This document shows, in pieces, positions 35,046 through 51,734 of a stretch of DNA of 64,000 bases. This DNA is from Macrostomum lignano (lineage: Eukaryota). Position 1 is the stretch's first letter. Each line of letters begins with the position of its first letter. The stretch is taken from assembly GCA_002269645.1 (NCBI GenBank), contig NIVC01000105.1, positions 597,992 through 661,991 on the forward strand, given 5' to 3'. The notes below the pieces were generated by a model, which was not told the DNA's origin, made no database searches, and worked only from the letters and a program-made list of their open reading frames with translations. Position numbers and translations under genes: made by a program.

Positions 35046-35459
35046 CAAGCCTTGAAAATAGTTGTTTCTTAGAATCGAAACGTCTGATCTAAAGGTCTAA
35101 AATTAATCGAAAAGTTCATTTTCATTATCTTGGATCTCCAGCCTCTAGTCCAAGGTATGTAAAGGTCCTTGGTAAACAGCCATGCGACCCACTTAGCATA
35201 GTAATTTAGTTATATAGCTTTCTTTTGAAGAATTCTTAAAGTTAGTTTAACAAGAGCTTAGCTCTAAAGCAATACAATGTTAATTGAAGGTGACACCAGA
35301 TGTAAACAGTCTATGTGGTTTGCGAGTGCTGCGCCCCATAATGTTGATTATCCTGCTATGGGATCTGCCTGAAATATTGATATTGGTTCTGGGGAACATT
35401 AGAGTAATGTGCGCACGCGTTTCGAGCGTCCTCGACCCACTTTTTAAGTTGTGATTCTC

Positions 35460-35990
35460 GATAAAAGCTGTGATTCCTGACCCATTTTTAGAACTGAGAT
35501 TCCTGACCCATTTTTAGAACTGAGATTCCTGACCCATTTCTAAATTTGGGATTTTTGACCCATTTCTAAATTTCGGATTCTTGACCCATTTCAAAATTTG
35601 GGATTCTTGACCCATTTCTAAATTTGGGATTCTTAACCCATTTCTAAATTTGGGATTCTTGACCCATTTCAAAATTTGGGATTCTTGACCCATTTCTAAA
35701 TTTGGGATTCTTAACCCATTTCTAAATTTGGGATTCTTGACCCATTTCTAAATTTGGGATTCTTAACCCATTTCTAAATTTGGGATTCTTGACCCATTTC
35801 TAACTATTGGGATTCTTTACCCATTCCTAAATCTAGGATTCCTGACCCATTTCTAATTATTGGGATTCTTGGCCCATTTCAAAATCTGGAATTCTTGACC
35901 CATTTCTAATTATTGGGATTCTTGGCCCATTTCAAAATTTTGGATTCTGGACCCATTTATAAATCTAGGATTATAGACCCATTTTGAAAC
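35460..35990 (+). repeat. 26-bp minisatellite
   Basis: Unit GACCCATTTCTAAATTTGGGATTCTT, about 20 copies. Confidence 0.93.
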
Positions 35991-36661
35991 TTAGGATTTG
36001 GTACATGATTAGAGCGACTTGTAGAGGCATATCACCTCCACCCCCCTCCCCGGCAATTATCCCTCAGTCTACAACCCCCCCCGAGTAATCTCTCTAAGAT
36101 TCACAAACAAAAGGCATTAACAGATTGAAGTTCCGCAGTTGTCTCTGGACTCTTAGGAATGCTTTCGGCCCATCCTATAAACTATCTGAAAAGACATGCA
36201 GTTTCTGCGGCCAGAAACCAACCAACGACTGACAGGAAATTTTAATGGGTTTCCCTGAAATTGGAAATTTTCAACAACGAAAATGAGAATTTCTCGTTAC
36301 GTTGGTTTGCTTGCGAATGAAATTTTTCGATAATTTTCGGAAGGCTACCCGGCGGCTCGGGGCACCTGCCCTCGCTGTCCGAGTTTCCGTTGGCCGGGGG
36401 GGGGGAGGGGGCACTCCGCTCTGGAATGTCCGGCCCTGTCCGGCCGGGGTTTCGAAAATCCCAGCGTGCGCCTCAAGAATGCGGCGTCGAATACCTTCGT
36501 GGGAGTATCCGGGTAGAGGGGGTGCAGTCAGGAATGGGTGACGCGAGATGAGTGACGTCCGCGGGAAATCACTACCGAGATTGGAGGGAGGACCAAGCCT
36601 CCCTATCTTCCCTATAGAGCTGAAAAATTACTTCGTGAAAATTTTGCCCCAAAATTGCGTC

Positions 36662-37927
36662 GGGTAGAACATAAATTAGTGTCAGGTAGAACTTAAATTA
36701 GTGTCAGGTAGAACATAAATTAGTGTCAGGTAGAACATAAATTAGCGTCAGGTAGAACATAAATTAGTGTCAGGTGGAACATAAATTAGTGTCAGGTAGA
36801 ACAAATTAGTGTCAGGTAGAACTTAAATTAGTGTCAGGTGGAACTTCAATTAGTGTCAGGTAAAACTTAAATTAGTGTCAGGTAGAACTTGAATTAGTGT
36901 CAGGTAGAACTTAAATTAGTGTCAGGTGGAACTTAAATTAGTGTCAGGTAGAACTTGAATTAGTGTCAGGTAGAACTTAATTTAGTGTCAGGTAGAACAT
37001 AAATTAGTGTCAGGGGTAGAACTTAATTTAGTGTCAGGTAGAACATAAATTAGTGTCAGGGGTAGAACTTAAATTAGTGTCAGGTAGAACTTAAATTAGT
37101 GTCAGGTAGAACTTAAATTAGTGTCAGGTAGAACTTAAATTAGTGTCAGGTGGAACTTAAATTAGTGTCAGGTAGAACATAAATTAGTTTCAGGTAGAAC
37201 TTAAATTAGTGTCAGGTAGAACATAAATTAGCGTCAGGTAGAACATAAATTAGTGTCAGGTAGAACATAAATTAGTGTCAGGTAGAACATAAATTAGCGT
37301 CAGGTAGAACTTAAATTAGTGTCAGGTAGAACTTAAATTAGTGTCAGGTGGAACTTAAATTAGTGTCAGGTAGAACATAAATTAGTTTCAGGTAGAACAT
37401 GAATTAGTGTCAGACAGAACATAAATTAGTGTCAGACAGAACATGAATTAGTGTCAGGGGTAGAACATAAATTAGCGTCAGGTAGAACTTAAATTAGTGT
37501 CAGGTAGAACATAAATTAGCGTCAGGTAGAACATAAATTAGTGTCAGGTAGAACATAAATTAGTGTCAGGTAGAACATAAATTAGCGTCAGGTAGAACTT
37601 AAATTAGTGTCAGGTAGAACTTAAATTAGTGTCAGGTGGAACTTAAATTAGTGTCAGGTAGAACATAAATTAGTTTCAGGTAGAACATGAATTAGTGTCA
37701 GACAGAACATAAATTAGTGTCAGACAGAACATGAATTAGTGTCAGGGGTAGAACATAAATTAGTGTCAGGTAGAACATAAATTAGCGTCAGGTAGAACAT
37801 AAATTAGCGTCAGGTAGAACATAAATTAGTGTCAGGTAGAACATAAATTAGCGTCAGGTAGAACATAAATTAGCGTCAGGTAGAACATAAATTAGCGTCA
37901 GGTAGAACATAAATTAGTGTCAGGTAG
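36662..37927 (+). repeat. 22-bp minisatellite
   Basis: Unit TTAGTGTCAGGTAGAACATAAA, about 57 copies. Confidence 0.95.
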
Positions 37928-38414
37928 AGTTGCCATTCGACAAACCTAGGCTACGATGTTTACTGAAGTCCGATAGAGGTGAGAAATGTGTTTAAAAGTT
38001 TCTTGCAAGCAACAGAAAGTTCGACATTGGAACTTCGGGAAAAAACACTGCGTTAGAATTTCAGAGTTAGAGGTGGAAGTTCTTGGGAAGCTTGCTTGAA
38101 TCTGCTTCACACACCCCTCCAGCTTCATTTGCTGCAATGGCGCGAAAAAAAAGTTTTGTATTGCTTCTTTTCTCTCTCCTTCACCGGTGTTTGTTCCCTG
38201 TGAACAGCCGGTTCGACCTGTGTACGAGTATAAGACGTTTTAGGCAGTAGCCATGGAGATTCAAAACTAGAATTCGGTCGCGACTCGCGATATATTTAGT
38301 CTACGTCAAATTGACTGCGGAACCTCTAACTCTTAACGTAACTGTAACCAAAACCCTAAAACCCTAAACTCTAACACCAACCGAAAATCTTACACTGATT
38401 CTTAAACCCTGAAC

Positions 38415-39651
38415 CAGTGGTCGGAAAAATTTTTACATCAAGGGCCAGATAAAGCATTCAGCTAATGGATGCGTAGAAATAGGAGGGAATAGAATATTAG
38501 AGATGAGAGAGGAGAGGCGAGAGACGGGATGAGATAGAAGATAAGATGAGAGAGGGGAGATTGAAGAGGGGATAGGGGAGAGAGAAGAGAAGAGAGACAA
38601 GTGGGGAGAGACAAGAGGGGAAAGAGAAGAGGAGAGAAGAGAGGAGAGAGAAGAGGGAAGAGAGAAGAGAGGAGAGAGAAGTGGGGAGAGACAAGAGGGG
38701 AAAGAGAAGAGGAGAGAGAGAAGAGAGGAGAGAGAAGAGGGAAGAGAGAAGAGAGGAGAGAGAAGTGGGGAGAGAGAAGAGAGGAGAGAGAAGAGAGGAG
38801 AGAGAAGAGAGGAGAGAGAAGAGAGGAGAGAGAAGAGAAAAGAGAGAAGAGAGGAGAGAGAAGAGAGGAGAGAGAAGAGAAAAGAGAGAAGAGAGGAGAG
38901 AGAAGAGAGGAGAGAGAAGAGAGGAGAGAGAAGAGAGGAGAGAGAAGAGAGGAGAGAGAAGAGGGGAGAGACGAGGGAAGAGAGAAGTGGGGAGAGAGAA
39001 GAGAGGAGAGAGAAGAGAGGAGAGAGAAGAGGGGGGAGAGAAGAGGGAAGAGAGAAGTGGGGAGAGAGAAGAGAGGAGAGAGAAGAGAGGAGAGAGAAGA
39101 GAGGAGAGAGAAGAGAAAAGAGAGAAGAGAGGAGAGAGAAGAGGGGAGAGAGAAGAGAGGAGAGAGAAGAGGGAAGAGAGAAGAGAGGAGAGAGAAGAGA
39201 GGAGAGAGAAGAGAGGAGAGAGAAGAGAGGAGAGAGAAGAGAAAAGAGAGAAGAGAGGAGAGAAAAGAGAGGAGAGAGAAGAGAGGAGAGAGAAGAGAGG
39301 AGAGAGAAGAGGGGAGAGAGAAGAGGGGAGAGACGAGGGAAGAGAGAAGTGGGGAGAGCGAAGAGAGGAGAGAGAAGAGAGGAGAGAGAAGAGGGGGGAG
39401 AGAAGAGGGGAGAGAGAAGAGAGGAGAGAGAAGAGGGGGGGGAGAAGAGGGAAGAGAGAAGAGGGAAGAGAGAAGAGAGGAGAGAGAAGAGGGGAGAGAC
39501 GAGGGAAGAGAGAGAAGAGTGGGAAGACGAGACAGGAGAGAAGAGCAAGAGAGCTAAAAAGAGACGTGAGTCATAAACCTTGAGCGAGGCAGGGTGCTAT
39601 TGTGAAGTTTCAAAAAACCCCGCGGCCCGGATCGAGTTTGCCGACGCCTGC
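38415..39651. mobile_element. hAT (Charlie-like) MITE carrying a 1-kb internal polypurine expansion
   Basis: Left end CAGTGGTCGGAAAA...AAGGGCCAGAT, right end AGTTTGCCGACGCCTG (11/14 inverted match). Flanks CCCTGAAC (38407-38414) and CCCTATAC (39652-39659) fit a decayed 8-bp TSD (6/8). The interior 38500-39560 is AGAGAAGAGAGG-type repeat. Confidence 0.65.
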
Positions 39652-40364
39652 CCTATACCTACAAGTACAATCCTAAACCTATCGAGACGAACTGGCTCGA
39701 GATAATCCTTTAAAAAATAAACTTCAGGCTTGCTTAAATTTAACATTAAACTAATATTAAACTACAAACCGAATCTATGTACCAGTCATTGATTTCAAAT
39801 GTACTTTATATAGCTCTATGATTATTAATATTATTAATAAAGTGTGATTATTTGGTGGTAGAGCCACAGGCCGGGGACCCATATAGCAGTGGGACAGTCA
39901 GTGGGACAGGATCCCGGATGCCCCGCCCAACAGCTGACATCGAAGGGTTTTGCGAGGCCGGGCAGCAGCAGCTGTCACCGAAGGAGGCCTGGCACTGCAA
40001 TCAGAGGCGGGGGTCATACATAAGCTGCTTTGCCTTCAATTCAACAGAGACACCAACTGGCGCTCCGTCTCTCTTAAGTCCCGTCTTTTTTTCTGGTCTT
40101 GGGTTGCTTGGGTCTCTGCTTCTTTGCATCCCCGCAATTTTTCGTGTTACCCCAAGGTTCGGCTCCCGCCCGCCCCCGGAGGTTCGATCTCGGAGTTTTT
40201 AGTGCTTCTTTTTTGCTGTTTTTCCTCTTGTCTGACACCGACTGGAGACACTGCGGGACTGGACTGTGCGGCGGGAGATTCGGGAATATGGGAAGTGGGC
40301 GGAGCCGCTGTTGCTGCTTTTGACTGACTGTTAACAGGGCTGTGTTCTTGATTCTACGGTTGAG

Positions 40365-40860
40365 ACTCTCAGGGTGAGATCTTCTTTCAGGATCAGGAGA
40401 GATTTTCAGGGTGAGATTTTTTATATGAGGAGAGATTCTCAGGGTGAGATTTTCTATAGGAGGAGAGATTCTCAGGGTGAGATTTCATTTAGAAGGAGAG
40501 ATTCTAGGGTGAGATTTTCTATAAGAGAAGAGATTCTCAGGGTGAGATTTTCTATTGGAGGAGAGATTTTCAGGGTAAGATTTTCTATAGGAGGAGAGAT
40601 TCTCAGGGTGAGATTTTCTATAGGAGGAGAGATTTTCAATGTGAGATTTTCTATTAGAGGAGAGATTCTCAGGGTGAGATTTTTTATACCAGGAGAGATT
40701 CTTAGGAGAGATTTCCTTTAGAAGGAGTGATTCTAGGGTAAGATTTTCCATAGGAGAAGAGATTCTCAGGGGAGAAGAGATTCTCAGGGTGAGATTTTCT
40801 ATATGAGTAGAGGTTCACAGGGTGAGATTTTCTATTGGAGGAGAGATTCTCAGAGTGAGA
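40365..40860 (+). repeat. About 30-bp minisatellite
   Basis: Unit GGAGAGATTCTCAGGGTGAGATTTTCTATA, decaying toward about 40980. Confidence 0.92.
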
Positions 40861-41749
40861 TTCTAAAGGTTGAGATTTAGTCAGGAAGGCTGGATTATCT
40901 GGGCGAGATTCTATCTATGGGGTGTTATTTTGTCTAGGAAGGCTTAGATTCTCAGGATGAGATTCTCAGGGGTGAGACTTCTAGATGAATTATCCCGTTT
41001 TGCATGCCCACCAGTCTGTTGGTATCCCCAGCTACTTTTGTCGGCAAGGGGCAAAGCAGTCTGCACAGATCTGCAGTGAGTTATGATGCACAGCCGCCCT
41101 TTTCATTCAATCCCAGATCGTCATTGCTTTTTTGTGCAGAGTTTTACTATATCAGATTTAGTAAATTGCCTATATACACATCTACATCGCGTCTTTGTGT
41201 ACCGCATGGGCGCAGCGGGTGGTATCAGGGGATATCACCCCCCCCCCTCCACTGGCTTCTTGTCCTTGGGCTGCCTTGCAATACTGCAAGTTGGTCGTGT
41301 CTCGTTTTATTGGTTAGCTATGGGTACAAAGACCACCGACAACTGTGGCTTGCACGTGGCCACATATCTCCCCAACAGGGATATTGTGTGGGAGGGGAAG
41401 GCCGCCCTGTCAGGTCTGGCGTCACCTGCTGTCATTCCGTTAAAAATCCCCTCCTGTAAGAAAGATGGGAACAGGATATCGGCGACCCCATAACAGACAG
41501 GATATCTTACAGATTCATGGAGGGCCAACAAAAACAGTAAAACAGGGGGGTGGTGGCCGCCAACCACCAACCCAAGGGCACCTGTTGAATTCTGTAATGC
41601 TGAGTGCCCGACTGTCTGCTTTCGTCTATGTTCCATCCATTATTTGTAGGGCCACTGCTTCAGGACACGCGCGTAATGGATCAATCAAAGATAGACACTT
41701 GCCGCGGAGGCCCGGCCTGCATGCACGATCTGTATGTTCCCTATTCCCT

Positions 41750-42380
41750 ATAGTCTATTCCCTATCTATCTAGTCCATTCCCAATATATCTAATCTGTTC
41801 CAAATCTCTACAGTATATTCCCAATATATTTAATCTAATCCCTATCTATCTATAGTCTATTCCTAATTCTATTTAATCTATTCTCAATCTATCTGTAATC
41901 TGTAGTCTATACCCAATCTATCTAGTCTATTCCCAACTCTATCTAGTTTATTCCCAATCTATCTAGTCTATTCCCAATTTTATCTACGGTCGTAGTTTAT
42001 CCCCAATCTATCTAGTTCATCTCAACTCTATCTATTCTATTCCCAACTCTATCTAGTCTATTCCCAACTCTATCTAGTCTATTCTCAACTCTATCTAGTC
42101 TATTCCCAACTCTATCTAGTCTATTCCCAACTCTATCTAGTCTATTCCCAATCTATCTAGTCTATTCCCAATCTATCTAGTCTATTCCCAATCTATCTAG
42201 TCTATTCCCAATCTATCTAGTCTATTCCCAATCTATCTAGTCTACTCCCAATCTTATCTAGTCTATTCCCAATCTATCTAGTCTATTCCTAATCGATCTA
42301 ATCTATCTCGTATTCCCAATCTATCTAGTCTATTCCTAATCGATCTAATCTATCTAGTCTATTCCCAATCTATCTAGTCT
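41750..42380 (+). repeat. 20-bp minisatellite
   Basis: Unit CTATTCCCAATCTATCTAGT. Confidence 0.92.
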
Positions 42381-43486
42381 AGTCCAACTGAAATCTTGTT
42401 AACGAAGAAATGCATGAAAAAAGCAAATAATTTTCGATTCTGCTCTCCTCAAGCATGAAGGGCAAGAGGAGGCCGTTTGCAGTTCCACCTTCCAGTGCAG
42501 ATCTGCAGCACGGAGCAGGCAAGGTTTTTCTGCACCACAAGCTGAGTACTGAACAACTCAATCAAGAGCAAAATCTCTCTTATAGTCTGTTTTCGTCTTC
42601 CAAAGAAGCAGAATAATTTCATTTTTTTACGAATAGCAGCCTTTCCGTTTTTGCCCTGTATACTGTCTTTCGCAACTGCGCCAGAAGCAGCAAGCAGAAA
42701 GCTCGAAGAGACAGAGAGAGCGGCAAAATGTAGGTAAAAAGAACCCCACACAGTATCAATTTCGTCTCAAACGACAAAAACGATCGAACTGCGCAAGGAA
42801 GGAATGAAAGCAATATCTTAAATATGAGACAGGCAGTGCAGAACTGCATGTAGCCATTTGCAATCGAAAATCGAGTTTGAAAACTGATTGATCATTTACT
42901 GTATAGATAGGGCCAAAGTCTGATATATAGCTTGAACGGGTTTATAGTATAAACTTTTAAACACACAAGAAAATGCGTTAATTTATTAACGCTAGCGCGT
43001 TGCTTTCTTTTAGCAAAGCAAAGTTGTCTTAAGTGTTGTTCTCAGCATGTTGTTCCTTAATCCTATCATAGATCCTCTGTAGTCTTCTGTGTTTTATTTG
43101 CAATCACTTTACTAAATCTCGCTTCCGCCATACCTGTGCATTCTTGCTTCAATTGGTTCAGTTCCTTCTCTTTAGACGAGGATAAACAAACAATAATGAG
43201 TGATGAAGCATGCTCAATGCGCCTATATAGTCTCACTTCATACTTTTAGATACTTTTAAAAGAAAGAAAATAAAGGACAGCTAAAACCGGCTATACTGTG
43301 GATTGGGCATCAAAGAGGTCATCTGACCCTCCAGACTGACCAATAAAAAGGGCCTCATGTCATGGCCTGCAGTGGTCGGCTACTCGTCCAGCGAAGCCTC
43401 TTTATCCGCCCTCTTGGGTCCTTGAAACTTCACAATTGGCAATCCGACCTTCTCTCAACGTTTGTCTGTTCTCAGATGTCTTCTTA

Positions 43487-43885
43487 GCTCTCTCCTCTCT
43501 TTCCTCTCCTCTCCTCTCTCTCCTCTCCTCTCCTCTCCTCTCCTCTCCTCTCCTCTCCTCTCCTCTCCTCTCCTCTCCTCTCCTCTCCTCTCCTCTCCTC
43601 TCCTCTCCTCTCCTCTCTCTCTCCTCTCCTCTCCTCTCCTCTCCTCTCTCTCCTCTCTCTCTCCTCTCCTCTACTCTCCTCTCCTCTACTCTCCTCTCCT
43701 CTCCTCTCCTCTCCTCTCCTCTCCTCTCCTCTCCTCTCCTCTCCTCTCCTCTCCTCTCCTCTCCTCTCCTCTCCTCTCCTCTCCTCTCCTCTACTCTCCT
43801 CTACTCTCCTCTCCTCTCCTCTCCTCTCCTCTCCACTCCTCTCCTCTCCTCTCCTCTCCTCTCCTCTCCTTTCCTCTTCTTCCTC
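43487..43885 (+). repeat. (CTCCT)n polypyrimidine microsatellite
   Basis: About 400 bp of near-pure C/T pentamer repeat, about 400 bp upstream of the proposed vestigial start. Confidence 0.95.
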
Positions 43886-44274
43886 TAATCCTCTCCTAAT
43901 CTAATCTAAGAGGAATGATCTTAGATTAGCTCGTATTTTCTAAGAAATTCGTTTAACTTCTGCAAACCTAAAATCGGATCAATATAAATCAAATTAATCG
44001 AATTAATCACGAGCGCCAATAAACTAATTCAAAAGCTGCTCGAGATTTCCCAAGCCAGACTATGGCTGATCCCTCATTGGTTGCCGCAAAAATGCCCGCA
44101 AAGACAATCCCGCCAGCCAACCAGACAAAGCTGGAATCCCCCCCCCCAGCAGAGTTCCCATTCTCGCATTCGGGCCCCACCTCGAGCGGCACGCCATTCT
44201 CTTCACCTGAAATTCTCTTCACCCTCCTCAGTAAATAACTTGCCGGCGAGCCCCCAGACCCAGGCAGTTCAGGA

Positions 44275-49185
<4,911 letters not shown>

Positions 49186-49622
49186 GCTCTGCTTACTCTC
49201 GACTCGTCACTTGAAAACATTTGATCATTCTCTGTTTCAGTTATAAAAATGATAAATAAATGTAACATTTTCTCTCTGATGCTACTACTTCCTGACGTGT
49301 TTGAGTTAGTAGTATGGTAGCAACTTTAGGCAAACTATTTCCTTCTGAGCCGTAGTTTTATAAATTTTATTTTTAAATGGACACCGTTTGGCAGAAATAC
49401 TCTTGACAGCTGTTATAATCTGTATTTTCCTGTTTTACTGTCGCGGCTTTCTCCTGTTCAGTTTCAAATTTTCTCACCCCCGAGAAAAAAACCTGCCTGC
49501 TGCAATAATTTGCTTACTGCTTTGTAACTGTTCTCTTCTGGATTTTTTTCTCTTGTTGTTGAGGTGCGGCCAGTAGGTGATCGTTTCTTGTGTATAGATT
49601 GATTAGATTCATGCCTTTGCTG

Positions 49623-49650
49623 CGGTCTGTCATGCCCTGCTCTGTCTTAG

Positions 49651-49689
<39 letters not shown>

Positions 49690-49702
49690 GTGTCTGTCTG
49701 TG

Positions 49703-49733
<31 letters not shown>

Positions 49734-49811
49734 GTGTCTGTCTGTCTGTCTGTCTGTGTGTCTGTCTGTCTGTCTGTGTGTGTGTCTGTCTGTCTTAGTG
49801 TCTGTCTGTCC

Positions 49812-49885
<74 letters not shown>

Positions 49886-49980
49886 GTGTCTGTCTGTGTG
49901 TCTGTCTGTCTGTCTTTCTGTCTGTCTGTCTGTCTGTCTGTCTATGTGTCTGTCTGTCTGTCTGTCTGTCTATCTGTCTA

Positions 49981-50011
<31 letters not shown>

Positions 50012-50038
50012 TAGTGTCTGTCAATCTGTCTGTCTGTG

Positions 50039-50071
<33 letters not shown>

Positions 50072-50138
50072 TAGTGTCTGTCTGTCTGTCTTAGTGTCTG
50101 TCTGTCTTTCTGTCTGTCTGTCTGTCTGTCTGTCTTAG

Positions 50139-50193
<55 letters not shown>
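49623..50193 (+). repeat. (GTCT)n microsatellite downstream of vestigial
   Basis: Same GTCT/GTCTTAGT motif as 44550-46320. Confidence 0.95.
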
Positions 50194-50629
50194 ATCGATT
50201 CGCACTGCACTGGAATCAATCAAATCAGAGACAGTGTGCTCGCTTACAAGTTCCTTCCTTTGTTCTGTTTCTACAGCGTTGATTTCATTCTGCGGTGCTC
50301 AGTTTTAAAATATACAAAAAAGCGATTGACTTTGAACTTAAAGGGGCAAATTTAGCGACTTCTGTGGCTCTCGTTGCATTGTTGCCAAGGAGAATGGCTG
50401 CCCGCATACGCAGTGCTACAAATGGGTCACGGTATTGGTTTCGAATGCCAGCCAATCAGGACAAAATTTAAAATAATTTTTTAAAGGCAAAGGGGAAGTG
50501 CAGTAGTACTTATTGCGGTGGCTAATCTCTGCTGGGCTGTGAATCCATTTTACGAGCGTATACCGCCTGCTTTGAGCCAAGGTGAGTTTGCGTCTGGTTA
50601 AAATCTGGTACTGCCCTGGCTCAGGGAAG

Positions 50630-51660
50630 TCAGGAGAGTCAGGCGGGTCTGGCGAGTCAGAGTAGTCAAAGCAGTTAGGGGAGTGAAAAGAGTCAGTGGA
50701 GTCAAGAATTTAAAGGAGTCAGCGGGGTCAGCGGAGTCAAGGGGGTCAGGGGAGTCAGGGAAGTCGGAGGGGTCAGGGGAGTCAGGGGAGTCAGCGGAGT
50801 CAGGGGAGTCAGGGGAGTCAGGGGAGTCAGCAGAGTCAGGGGAGTCAGGGGAGTCAGGGGAGTCAAGGGACTCATGAGAGTCAGGGGAGTAAGTGTGGTC
50901 AGAGGAGTCAGGGTGGTCAGGGGAGTCAGGGTGGTCAGGGGAGTCAGGGTGGTCAGGGGAGTCAGGGTGGTCAGGGGAGTCAGGGTGGTCAGGGGAGTCA
51001 GGGTGGTCAGGGGAGTCAGGGTGGTCAGGGGAGTCAGGGTGTTCAGGGGAGTCAGGGTGGTCAGGGGAGTCAGGGTAGTCAGGGGAGTCAGAGTGGTCAG
51101 GGAGTCAGGGTGGTCAGGGAGTCAGGGTGGTCAGGGTGGTCAGGGTGGTCAGGGGAGTCAGAGTGGTCAGGGAGTCAGGGTGGTCAGGGAGTCAGGGTGG
51201 TCAGGGGAGTCAGGGTGCATGGTCAGGGGAGTCAGGGTGGTCAGGGGATTTAGGGTGGTCAGGGGAGTTAGGGTGGTCAGGGGAGTCAGGGTGGTCAGGG
51301 GAGTTAGGGTGGTCAGGGGAGTCAGGGTGGTCAGGGGAGTTAGGGTGGTCAGGGGAGTCAGGGGAGTCAGGGGAGTCAGGGTGGTCAGGGGAGTCAGGGT
51401 GGTCAGGGGAGTCAGGGTGGTCAGGGGAGTTAGGGTGGTCAGGGGAGTTAGGGTGGTCAGGGGAGTCAGGGTGGTCAGGGGAGTTAGGGTGGTAAGGGGA
51501 GTCAGGGTGGTCAGGGGAGTCAGGGTGGTCAGGGGAGTCAGGGGAGTCAGGGGAGTCAGGGTGGTCAGGGGAGTTAGGGTGGTCAGGGGAGTCAGGGGAG
51601 TCAGGGGAGTCAGGGTGGTCAGGGGAGTCAGGGGAGTCAGGGGGGTCAGGGGGTCAGAGG
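50630..51660 (+). repeat. G-rich 9/18-bp minisatellite upstream of the GPCR CDS
   Basis: Units GGGGAGTCA and GGGTGGTCA alternate over about 1 kb. Confidence 0.95.
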
Positions 51661-51734
51661 AGTCAATGAGGCTCAGGGTGTCCAGCTGTAATGAAAGTAT
51701 ATTGTTTGTCCCACACCGCCGCAGCATCTTGGGG

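Noticed and set aside
23182-37927. Regular 20-34 bp repeats resembling CRISPR arrays
   Set aside because: Units are head-to-tail with no unique spacers, there are no cas genes, and the context is eukaryotic.
38347-38375. AACCCTAA-like telomeric motifs (also GGGTTA within the 16-bp unit at 53690-54300)
   Set aside because: Only two or three degenerate, non-contiguous copies; insufficient for an interstitial telomere.
39860-40330. Coding-like minus-strand frame (SKAATAAPPTSHIPESP...QKKRRDLRETERQLVSLL)
   Set aside because: Interrupted by stops, with no start codon, splice support or recognisable domain.
42449-42751. Signal-peptide-like minus-strand ORF
   Set aside because: Non-ATG start, AT-rich, no family motif.
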